Shown in pieces: positions 12,846 through 24,859 of a DNA stretch of 64,000 nucleotides. The first letter of the stretch is position 1, and each line of letters opens with the position of its first letter. A program made the position numbers and the translations under genes. The stretch lies in contig CP075495.1 in assembly GCA_021613535.1 (NCBI GenBank), positions 4,030,001 through 4,094,000 on the forward strand, given 5' to 3'. Source of the DNA: Adineta vaga. Its lineage: Eukaryota; Animalia; Rotifera. The notes under the pieces are model-generated. The model ran no database searches and had not been told where the DNA came from. It saw only the letters and a list, made by a program, of their open reading frames with translations.

Positions 12846-13734
12846 CTTATAAACATTCTAATCAAGTCTAAAAGAAATAGAAAAAAAGAAATTAACTTAG
12901 ATCAATATGTAGTTGAATTCTGAAACCATCTTTTATATAAAAACAAAGGAAAACAAATCTAGTTAGCAAATACACTAGTAAATCTATCTGTCAACAAAAT
13001 AGCTTAAAGGTAACTATCACACGTGTATGAACGCATGTTAATAAATAAGAAAAAAAAGGCATCAATATATATATATATATATACAACGACGGTTTTTGTT
13101 AAAGAGAATCTAAAGAAAACTATTTGTATTAGATAATTAATGTAAAAGGTTTTTTTCCTCTTCTCTTTTTCTTGAAAATAAAACTGAAAACTTGCTGCAT
13201 ATATGCTAATAAATGATGATGACATGTATATATAACAAATATACATTATCCTGTAAGCTATTATCGTACAGCAATGAGAAAGGAGCGAGCGAGGGAACGA
13301 GAGAGAGCCAGAGAAAAAGCGGTAAAAAGAAAAAAAAAATTTTTATACGTTTTGGGATGTATGCCTATGTGTGTTCTTCCCGTATTTTTTCTTTAGATGA
13401 AAGAAATATGAGCGTGCTTTCATCCAGAAACTTGTTGTTACACATTTGACTTGCTTGTATATTCTCATATTTTCCCCTTCGTTCTGTCTACTTTAAAATT
13501 ATTACATGAAAAAGTTTTTATATAAATTAACATTCACTTAGCATATGTTTCTTTCAAATTTCCTTAGAAATCTTTCAGCATATCTTCTAACTATATATAT
13601 CCGAAAAATAAAATAAAGAACGAAATATTGAATCAAAATAATCAGATTTTATTTGTATGCATCAATATTACTCTAAATAATAAGTAATGAAACATAGACA
13701 TGACCAACTTACTGATTTCTACGTCGTTTTTCTT

Positions 13735-13738
<4 letters not shown>

Positions 13739-13764
<26 letters not shown>
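13739..13764. repeat. (TA)n microsatellite
   Basis: Uninterrupted TA dinucleotide run. Confidence 0.9.
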
Positions 13765-13769
<5 letters not shown>

Positions 13770-15396
13770 GTATACATACGTATATCAAAACGCATGTATT
13801 GTCGTAGTTTCGTGAACAGAACAAAAAATGAAGGAAAAAAAGCACCATTACCATCGGAACGCGACATGGTAGAGGAAGAAAAACGAAAAAAACGCATAAT
13901 CATCATTGATCAGTCAATAATGATAAAAAAAAAGGTATGAATAACGATAGTGTAGAAGAACAGAACAGTTTGATCTTAAATTCATGCATATTTATTTATG
14001 AAAGAAAGAAAGAAAGAAAGAAAAAATGTTCAAAACATAGTATTTAATATAACATTTAATGAAAAAAGGAAATCATATTGAAAAATGTCTAGAATCTAAT
14101 GAGACATTCGATTCTCGTGAGATTTTGAATAACTAAAAAGTTGATTTATATATTTTCTTAGCTTAATCGCCATTTACATACCACGATAGCGCGTGTGATT
14201 ACTGATTTTCAATCATGAGTCACATTGATAAGTGATGCTTTTTATTTTCACCGTCATAAGTCAATGTGTTTACATTTTGTTTTCTATTCGACACATTAAC
14301 TTATTAATCATTCACATCGTATATATTTTATGATTATATTGTTCGAGAAGAAATGCACTTTTTTGCCATCCAATAAAAATAGCTATACTAATAGTTCATC
14401 GATCGGGCTTTACGTTTAACGAACGTTTAGGAAAGAAAACACGATTAGTCTATTCATCGAATCTTTTTTCTGTTTGAATCCAAACTTTCCTTTGGATTTA
14501 TGTTATTTTTCAGTAATGAGAAAGAAAAACAAATAGCTTACCTTATTATTGCTGTTATTTTTCTCGTCTTTTGGATCTCTCGTTTTTCTTTTTTTTTATG
14601 GTAGACATCGATGGCTTCGACAAACTATTATTAATAACGATCACTTAGTTGTACCAGTCCCTTTTTTTCCCTTTCTTCTGTCACTATTTGCTGCAATAAA
14701 TAACGCTGAACTGGAAGAAAAACGCCATAAATGTTGTACCTACACATACACACACTTCCATATCGTATTTTTTTCTCTCTCTTCTTTTTTACCAGTCAGA
14801 ACAAATACATATTGGACGACTTGTTAGTACGTCAATATACATCATGCACTTTGTCATACATCGTAGCGCATAATCTTTTGTGGGCAGTGAAACAAATAAT
14901 GATAGTTAGTATGTTGTCATCAAGCAAACAAATACATCAGAATATGTCTTGCTTTGTTAGTTTGTATTTAATAAAAATAACATAAACGATAAATGGAAAG
15001 AAATTCTTCTTGTTGACATGCAATGATGCAGATAACAACATATGTAGATAAACGAAGACATCTATTTTAATACATTAGATTTAACTAATGAATATAATAT
15101 TGATCGTCTTTAGTTTTTTTTGAAAAGACAAAACAAGAAGAAAATAATGTCTTTCTGCTTTGGATCAAATTTTCTTTTCATGTTGTTGACAGTCATTGGA
15201 ATGAGTACATTACTCTTCAATTGGCATTCAGTCAGACAAAAGTCTTTTTTTAACAATACTTACGTGAGATTATTTTACGTAAAATAGATTGAAAAGAATT
15301 TATTATTCATGAGCAAATATAATAGAAATCAACTGTCAAAGGCGCTCTCATTAGTTGATTCAATCAAGAAGAAAAAAGAAGAAGAAGAAGAAAGGA

Positions 15397-15826
15397 ATGG
15401 CTTTTACAATAATTATCATGTTTATTTTCATGAATCTTTTTCAAATGATCAAATCGATTGAATATCAAAATGATCAGAAAGAATGTACATGTGAATGTTG
15501 TTTAGATGATAATCTAAATTGTACACCAACATTTCGATCTGCTATCAACGTAAATCCATTATTAGATTGTAATAATATAACGTGTAATCAAGAATCATGT
15601 TTAACATTTTCTCAATGTTCAACTGCATTTGGGTATTTTTAATAGCTTTTTGTTTCTAAAGATTTATGATTTTTCTTCTAAAACAAGGAAGATTGTTGTT
15701 TCATGTCAGGATGTATTGACTTTATCATCATTGTCGATACAAACAACATTTCAATTTTCTATTTATTTTATAATATTCAATCTTGTAATTCTATATTTGT
15801 CATGTCTTCTTTCGTATGAAGAATAA
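15397..15826 (+). CDS. Small Cys-rich secreted/GPI-anchored-like protein (2 exons)
   Basis: Signal-like MAFTIIIMFIFMNLFQMIKS, CTCECC..C..C..C..C..C core, intron ~15633-15687, hydrophobic C-terminal tail. Confidence 0.6.
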
Positions 15827-16340
15827 ATATATGTATATACAAATATTAATCGAAAATAACTAAATTTAAATATCAGAACTTTTCCACAAGACAATTCATT
15901 TTGAAATTCGGATTCTCTGTATAGGTTTTATTTTTTTCCTAATAAGAATAAGTGCTTTAATTTGAATTTAATCTAGGAACACATTAACAGAAGAAATGTC
16001 ACTCTCAGCTGGAAAGAGAGAGTATTACCGCACCGTATAATGAAAAGTTTTTGACAACATAAAACCAATATATTTTCATGCATGTTCTCACATCATTAGT
16101 CATATTTCTGGCACGCAAGTCTATCAAAATATGTGGGATGTGGTTATTAAATATTGTCGTACTTTCCTTCGCCATTACTAAACATAAAACAATGACAAAA
16201 TAGTCTAAGATGTGAATATATCCAAACAAAACATCGATCGTCAGGCGGTTATTAAATTCTATACTCGGTCACGTGAGAGAAAAAGAAGAGAATGTAAACA
16301 TCAGTTCTATATTCTTCATTTTTCATACATACACATAATC

Positions 16341-16553
16341 ATGCGTTGGTTACTTTTCTTTACCATCATTATTCATCTACTCGGTATATTTGTCGTTTCA
16401 AGCAATGACCGTATTCTATTAAGATCAAAACGGTTTTTATTTTCATCATCATCATCATCATGTAAGAGAATGCATCGATCATGCAGTTATCATTATGACT
16501 GTTGTCCACCATTACGATGTAGTTTCATTGATGATACATGCCAACCACGATAA
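16341..16553 (+). CDS. Inhibitor cystine knot (knottin) prepropeptide, 70 aa
   Basis: Signal MRWLLFFTIIIHLLGIFVVSS, furin-type RSKR site, mature C-x6-C-x5-CC-x4-C-x6-C. Confidence 0.75.
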   Translation: MRWLLFFTIIIHLLGIFVVSSNDRILLRSKRFLFSSSSSSCKRMHRSCSYHYDCCPPLRCSFIDDTCQPR

Positions 16554-16737
16554 ACAATCGAACAAAAAAATTTCTTTTTTGTTATGTAAATATTTTCTAA
16601 GTTCAATAAATTCAACATCAAATTGTAGATATGTCTTCATAGAGAATCTTTTCATTAATCAATTTGTGAAGTATATGTAACAAAAAACAACAATCTTTCG
16701 TTTAGTAAAAAATATTCACAAAAACAGAAAAATAGAA

Positions 16738-17674
16738 TCAATTGTTATTAGTCGTTGTTTTGAGTGATTCGATTGGTAGTGATACTTTTTCACCCCGTGA
16801 ATTTTCTACCGAGCGAAAGTATCGAGTGGGAATATAACCATCTTCATTACCCGGTGAAAGGATGACATTATTAGTAGATAGAAAAAACTTCAGACCGTCT
16901 GAAAATAAACAAAATATATTTTTTGAAAAAACTATTTAAATCTAGATGATTTTCTAACCTTTTAAAGCTTTTTCCATATCAATATAAATGTACAAATTAG
17001 CACTGGATCGCATCCCTTCGAAGCAAAATTTAAAGACAGTTTTTTTAAAAGAAATCAACAAGATTACATACCACTTATCACACCAGATGCTGTGGGTAGT
17101 CCTGGTGCAAAATGAATATGTGTTCGATTCATTTTTGATAAACCCTGGAAAAATTCAATAAAAATGATTAGATGAAAACACAACCGATTCTTTTCTATTT
17201 TACTTTATTACTAATCGATGACCAATGTCGTGTATATGTTCCATGCAAAACAATGGGAAACTCTTTTGGATCTGTGATTTCTCTCATATCAATATTTGCT
17301 TCTTCAATTGAATGTCCTTGATGTGCACGAATCATTTCTTTACCCGTTAATTCATCAATTTTCAATCCAAAACGTTTCTTTTCATTTTGTTCTACACAGA
17401 CATGAACATCTTCAATTGTATATTTATTAGCAAATGATGGATGTCGAAGAATATCATCAACAAAAACATAACCATCAGCTTGAAATTGTAAGCCTTCTTT
17501 TATCACAGCATGACGAAGTAACCATGATAATGCTTTCGATAATTGTACTACTTTACCCGAACTATTTTGAGATCTACTGTTTCCACTCTATATAATGAAA
17601 GATTTAGTTGAAAATAGATTCAGATAATTTCTGAAACTTACATGTTGATATCGTTGAATATTTCTAGCTGCCAT
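16738..17674 (-). CDS. TRPT1: tRNA 2'-phosphotransferase (Tpt1/KptA)
   Basis: LSKALSWLLRH, KKRF, IRAHQGHS, LHGT, GLSKMNRTHIHFA, SGMRSS, FFLSTNNVILSPGN motifs. Five exons. Confidence 0.93.
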
Positions 17675-18039
17675 GTTATTTAAAATACGAATAACTGATA
17701 CTAATGATGCATTATAATACACAGCCAACTTTATAATATATAGAAAACGTGATGAGTCACAGTGTTACACAAGAAATCGACAAAGAAAAGGAAATGACGT
17801 GAAATTTTACCTTTTGACAGAATCTGAAAGAAGGAAAAGAAAATCTTTTTTCCTATGACACATGATTATTTATATTTTTCAAATCAAACAGCTGTATTTT
17901 GTGTCATTGCATTAGACTAATTGAAAATAAAACATGAAGATATTTTAAAATGACTTTATTGCTCAAATATCTTTCACAAAGTAAAACAATAAAATGTGTA
18001 TAATGTTTCTTTTTAAGAGAGAAAAATGACATATGAATT

Positions 18040-18804
<765 letters not shown>

Positions 18805-19216
18805 TTAATCAAAATGCTTTTCAAGAATTCAATTACAAGAAAAATAAAGAGAGAGAAAAAAGTCAGCTGGAATAGCTGAGATTAACAATCCATCATTTAT
18901 CGATTTATTTTTTTCTTTTCATTTTCATATTCCGGATTGTTCAGAAAACGTTTTTCTTTTACTTTTAAATACACCCACAAACACATACATGCACACACAC
19001 ACACACGCACAATAAAGAATAAATACATAGGTATACTCATATGATTGATTAAATGGGACACAAGAAATCGAAAAGATGAGCATCTATATGAGAGAAGAAT
19101 GTTTTTGTTAGGCTTTTTTTCGATACGTTTCACCTGGTAGTTTATACAGAAAAAAAAGAGAATAGAAGAAAAACGCTGAAGTTACAATGAAATAAAGATA
19201 AGATAGAAATCGATAG

Positions 19217-20243
19217 TTAGAATAATGTACAACATCGATTGGTTTTTCGAGCCTAAATGTAAAAGGGAATAAAGTTCAAATCAAGTGAAAATGTGTTTCA
19301 TCATACCGTTTTATAAAATGCTTTTGCTTCGAAACTTAAATCATTTGATCGAGCAACAAGATCATCAATTTTCTCACCACGTTCAAGAACATTAACCAAT
19401 GTATTTTTCTAAAATGAAAATAAGTGATGATCTTTTATGTTCGAAAGACAAAATTCAATATAAAAATGAACACTTACAAGAATATCTTTAGTATCATCAA
19501 GATCCTTTTGTAAGCGCATTAATGGATCAGCTTCTTGAGGATTCTAAATCAAAAGAAACGGTACAAATCACTGAAGTATGTATAAACCACTATCAAACCT
19601 GATATTTTCGTAAAGTTTCACCTAACGATGGCATTTTAACCGTTCTAAATACAATCAAATAAAATTTCCAAAAGATTATAGAAAATAAATAACTTACTGT
19701 TCACCTAGACCTGCCCATGTAGATGGTGGATATGCATTAGTAAAATCATCCATAACCTACGAAATAAAATACGTATATATTTATGCATGAAAGGTAAAGT
19801 GTTCATTTTTCTCTCGTAAAATGACTTACTTTACTAAGAAGCGTGTGTGCAACTCGCTGTGGATATTCATTATCAGATATGATAACTGATGCTAATCCAT
19901 CGGGACGAACATAAACATGAACCATAGCTGAAATAAATAAGAAAAATAAAACTTTTCCGAACATATGTAGTAATATTTTCTACCATTAACATTTTGATCA
20001 GCTTCAACAGATTGTCTCGTATTGACAGCTGTACGTTCAGTAACCGTTCGTGCTGAGAAGACAAGTAATGGTTGTACACTATTGAAAAAATAATAAATAT
20101 TAAAACAAAAATAAATACTTTCAAATATTATCATACCTGCGACGTTCAAAATAACCAAAACTCTCCAAATTAAATTCGTCTTGAAGAATTTTTACTTTTC
20201 TATCACCTTCTTTATGTAAAACGAATATTGCCAATAGTTTCAT
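19217..20243 (-). CDS. YKT6: Longin R-SNARE Ykt6
   Basis: [71 protein letters not shown]. Eight exons. Confidence 0.95.
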
Positions 20244-20986
20244 TGTTTAAAATGGATTTAGATTTTTTCTTTATAGAATTATTTAACAAAAAAAAGAAAC
20301 AAAAATCTGAAAAAAATGTTTGTGAAGAATAAAGTTTGTATCTTCCAGATATCAATGAAAGAAATTATTGAAATAGAAAATGCTGATGCTGACGTCAACG
20401 AAGGTTATTTTTATGACTCACTTTTCGATGATATGGCATAGAGGAACCAATAGACACTTTGATTCCAGTACAGATGTCACTTATTTGCAAACAAGCATAG
20501 TCATTCTTTGTGAATTTATTGCTCAACTGAATCACTAATAAGTTTTTTGTGTTCCCGTATCTGAGTCATAATCGTTAAATCTTATTTCTCTTTGATTCAG
20601 AAATTAATGACATTTAGTCACCAGACATCTTCAATTGAGTGTTATTTGTAGAATTATGCAAGACAAACATATTTGCGAAACTAATTTTTATTTTGGTCAA
20701 ACAAAACAAGAACAAGTTTTCGCAGCAATAATGCTTTTCATTAGATTTATTTTATTAAAAAAAGTTCATAAATATTGTGAAAACAATTTTGAATCATTTA
20801 TTTCTTAAGAAAAAAGAATAAAATGTTTTTCACATAACTTATGGGATTTGTGGTAAAGGCACTATTTATCAAAGAGTTCATGACGAGTTTTATCTCTTAT
20901 CTCATCTATATATTTATATTCATAGTTAACAAAATGAAGTATAAACATAAGAACAACAATGACACTAGAATAAAATAAAAACATTT

Positions 20987-22116
20987 TCATTTTTTCTGTG
21001 AATATATTCCAAGTCGTTGATTTTTTCCAAAAAGAACAAGATCAGCATGAAGAGATTTCGTTTGAATCGCTTTATATATTTTCTTTGATACATCATATCT
21101 CATCTTATGATATAAATGAAAATGATTAACCATTGATGGTAATGTGAGTTGCTTTTTTGTACATGGTATATTCTTTAATGAGGATAATTCTGTACTTGAA
21201 CCATAGATATTTGTTGGATCAGTCAATGGACAATCAACACGATAGTCTTGATTCTAATCAAGTAATAAGCTTATTTTCTTTTTCTTTTAATACTACTTAC
21301 GAGAAGAATATCAGTATCTGAAAACAATTTCGTTTCAGGAGATAATTTATCGTCAACAATAGCATTGCGTAATCGAAGTGCACAATCGGGTAACATACGA
21401 TGATAGTATTCAAAATGTTTAAGTATACTATATTTTAGATGGTATGATCCATCACAATCAAAACGAATCTTATGTTCCAATGTAATACCAAAAACATTTG
21501 ACCGAGTTAAAGGACATTGATACATTCTAGAATCATGAATATCTAGTTGACGACTAGAAGAAAATATTGATAGTCATCAGAAGAAATTATGCAAAATAAG
21601 TTTTACATACGGAGTAAAAGATTTTTCTTGTTTTACATCTGTAGCATTTTTTATTTGAATTGTATATATTCTGATTTGTTCAAGATCATGTTGAGTTATG
21701 TGACATTCATTGGGTGGTTTGGAATTTGTTAATATATCTTGTTTTTCTTTCACAAATGCATTAGTTGCTTCAGCAAATGCAAGTCGTTTTCGAAGAACTT
21801 GTTGTTCTTCATCATACATACGATTAATACGTGTGATTTCACATTGACGTTGTTCGACAATCTATGTATTATTTATAATAGAAGAAAAATAGAATTCAAA
21901 TCTAATTAATTAATTTTTACTCACTGATGTTGTAGTATTATTGGCTGCTTTCGTTAAACAAACTGCTGCTTTATCTACTTGATCAATTAAATTGGTAAAA
22001 TCAAGTATAAATGTATCCCCATGTTCAATTAAATGTTCCAAACAAACATTTTTTTTACAATGATTTGTACATGTCGAAAATATAGTTAATGAACAACCAG
22101 GATGTTCACATGCCAT
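20987..22116 (-). CDS. B-box-like/coiled-coil/tandem CPL Cys-His repeat protein, paralog 3
   Basis: MACEHPGC..CTNHCKKNVCLEHLIEH, coiled coil, two CPLT..C..H..H repeats. Four exons. Confidence 0.75.
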
Positions 22117-22217
22117 AAGAAATAAAATATCTAAAACACAAAAACGATCTATTTCAATCAGAAATAATCATCTTCTAATAACTAGAACAATTAGATAAAG
22201 AATGCTTTTGTTTTTGT

Positions 22218-23126
22218 TTAATCTTCAAATTCCATTGGTTTAAGAATTGCTTCGATTTGTGCTAATCGAAGATGATGAGTAACTTTAAGATGAACGGGTA
22301 GGTATCGATTGGATACTAAGTCTGAACATGGTGTACAACGAATTCCACATTCTTTTTTGGTATTTTGGAGTGGACATGGATGTTTTTCATGATGATTGGT
22401 AATCAATGCATCAGATGGGAAAAGTATCGTTTTCGCTGGATCAAGATTTTCTGTGATGGCATTGAGTAAAATATTCGCATATGCATCTGTTAGATGATGA
22501 TATTTTCGAAAATGTTCAAATAAATAACGAATCTTTTTCTTAGATTTACATAATTGTACATTATGTGATGAAGAGAGACCGTAAACGTTAAGACTGGTCA
22601 ATGGACAATAGGTTGGTTCAAGTTGTTTTTCAGATATGTAAGTATCTAAATGAAGAAAACCTGATTAATATAGATTTTCTTAAATTAACACTTAGAATAA
22701 ACCTGTTGAAGGAGTATTAAATTGATTGATTTCTTGTATTAAATTTTCCACCTGTTGAAAATCATATTGTGTTAAAATACTTTCGTTTTGTTTGATTTTA
22801 ATGATGTGTTCAGAAATTTGATAAGATTGATTTTTTATTCGATTAATATTTGTTAATTTCTGTTCGAGTATTTTGAGTTGATTATCATGAGATTTTTGTA
22901 GACAATCGAGTTCATTTTGTTGATCTTTAGTGATGGTTTCTTTCATTTGTTCAATCGATTTTGAAAGTGTATTCGTAGGTTTTATTAAATCTTGTAGAAC
23001 TTGTTCAAATTCATTAAAAAGAAGTGTTTTATGTTCATTTATATGTTGTGAACAGAGTGACCAATAACAATGATTTGAACATGTAGAATATCGTGGACGA
23101 GAACAATAAGGATGCTGACATGTCAT
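22218..23126 (-). CDS. B-box-like/coiled-coil/tandem CPL Cys-His repeat protein, paralog 2
   Basis: MTCQHPYC..CSNHCYWSLCSQHINEH, coiled coil, CPLTSLNVYGL..C..FEHFRKYHHL and CPLQ..C..VHLKVTHHL. Two exons. Confidence 0.75.
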
Positions 23127-23439
23127 CTAAAATAACAGATGTTAAGTTTAAGATAATTATAGTATAGGAAAAAGAAAACAATGAAAACAAAGTTTTTATG
23201 ATTATTCCATCGAAGAACGAATTGATTTTTTTCGATAATAGATTGATTGCCTAAAATAAATAAAACATCGAATAGTTTTGAAATTATCTATTATTTAATA
23301 AAGAAGATATTTGTCTACTTTTTGAATGAGATCGTTTGTGTGAAACGATTCTATTTCATATTTCTCAATCTCAACTGCGAATATCGATCATCATATGAAA
23401 AACATGTATATAACGAACCTTTTTTATTGTGGTTATTCT

Positions 23440-24528
23440 TTATTGGAACTCCTCTTCATCAAGATCCAAATTGCTTATATCACCATAAGTTCTAACTGCA
23501 TCTACAATTCTATTGCTTGTTTTCAATGTTAATTGATGTACATTTAATAAATGCAACTTTAATGAACATCTGAAAAATTTGCTTTTACAATCAGCAAGTT
23601 TGATTTTCTTCAATGGACATTCAATTGTATCATAACGTTTATCAATCACCTTTCGTTCTGATGAAAAAATACATGTTGTTAATGGATTCCATCCATATCG
23701 GATTGCTTTTGTTATTCGATAGGCTATGGATGATGTTAAATGATGATAATGATGTAAATGTGAAAATAATTGACGATCATCACGATTTTTATCTTCTGAA
23801 CAGAGACGAATATTGTGTCTTTTCTCCAGTCCAAATGCACCATAGCAAGTTAAGGGACAAGCAGCACGATATATTATAGTTCGAGTAGATTCTCTATTTG
23901 AATTCGTTCGAGAATAGTTGAAATCATCATCATCATCGTCATCGTCGTTGTCATTGTCACCTTCATCCTCCTCTTTTTCTTCTTCTCCATCTTCTTCATC
24001 AACACTTGAATTAACTGGTACTGTTTCATCACTACAAAATCAGACTGTAATATTCTCTTTCTTTTATAAATTATTTAAGTTTCCTTACTTTTTAATCGTA
24101 ACTTCCTCTTGAGGATATTCTTGAAGTTTGTTTAAATACAATTTCATCTGTTCAATATCGTATTGATTTAATACTGCTTTATCATGTTTTATATCAGTTA
24201 ATAATTGAACTTTTTTTTCTATTAATTTTTGTGTTGACATAATCAATCGAGATTTTTCATTGATTTCATTCAATTTCATTTGATATTTTTCATGAATTGA
24301 AGAAAATCCTTTTTGATAATCAAAATTAACATTTGATTTTTGTTCTTCAATCGAATGAAGCGATTCATTCAATAATTTCGTAAGATTAATAAACGATTTT
24401 TCATATTGAGCAAGAAAGAGATTTTTATGTTCAATAATATGTTCTTCACATAGATCTAATTGACAATGATTCGAACATTTTTGTAATATAGAACGAGTAC
24501 AAAATGGATGCTCGCACGTTTCAGACAT
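23440..24528 (-). CDS. B-box-like/coiled-coil/tandem CPL Cys-His repeat protein, paralog 1 (acidic linker)
   Basis: MSETCEHPFC..CSNHCQLDLCEEHIIEH, coiled coil, poly-D/E linker, CPLTCYGAFGL..C..FSHLHHYHHL and CPLK..C..LHLLNVHQL. Confidence 0.75.
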
Positions 24529-24859
24529 GATTGAAGAAGAATAAGAAACTAATCTAATCAAACAGCAGATTTTGAATGTTTCGAGCGAGGGGTTGATGAG
24601 AAAGAAAATAGATTCGTTTTAATTGAACAGGATAGATGTCACTGATAGAAGAAGACTTGCTTAGCACATGTTTCATTACGTGATATGAAATAATAGAATT
24701 TATCTAACATGATTCTAGTTTTATTATGAGTACCAAATCTCAATCTATCAGTTATCATATAATAACATATTAAGTTTTGTATGTTTATCTTACAAAACAT
24801 CACGATCTTGAACTATATGTACTTAATCAAAATTTCATTAGAAATTACACGCAAACATA

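Noticed and set aside
13004-14985. Several 70-90-aa hydrophobic ORFs upstream of Slp
   Set aside because: Derived from AT-rich or microsatellite non-coding sequence.
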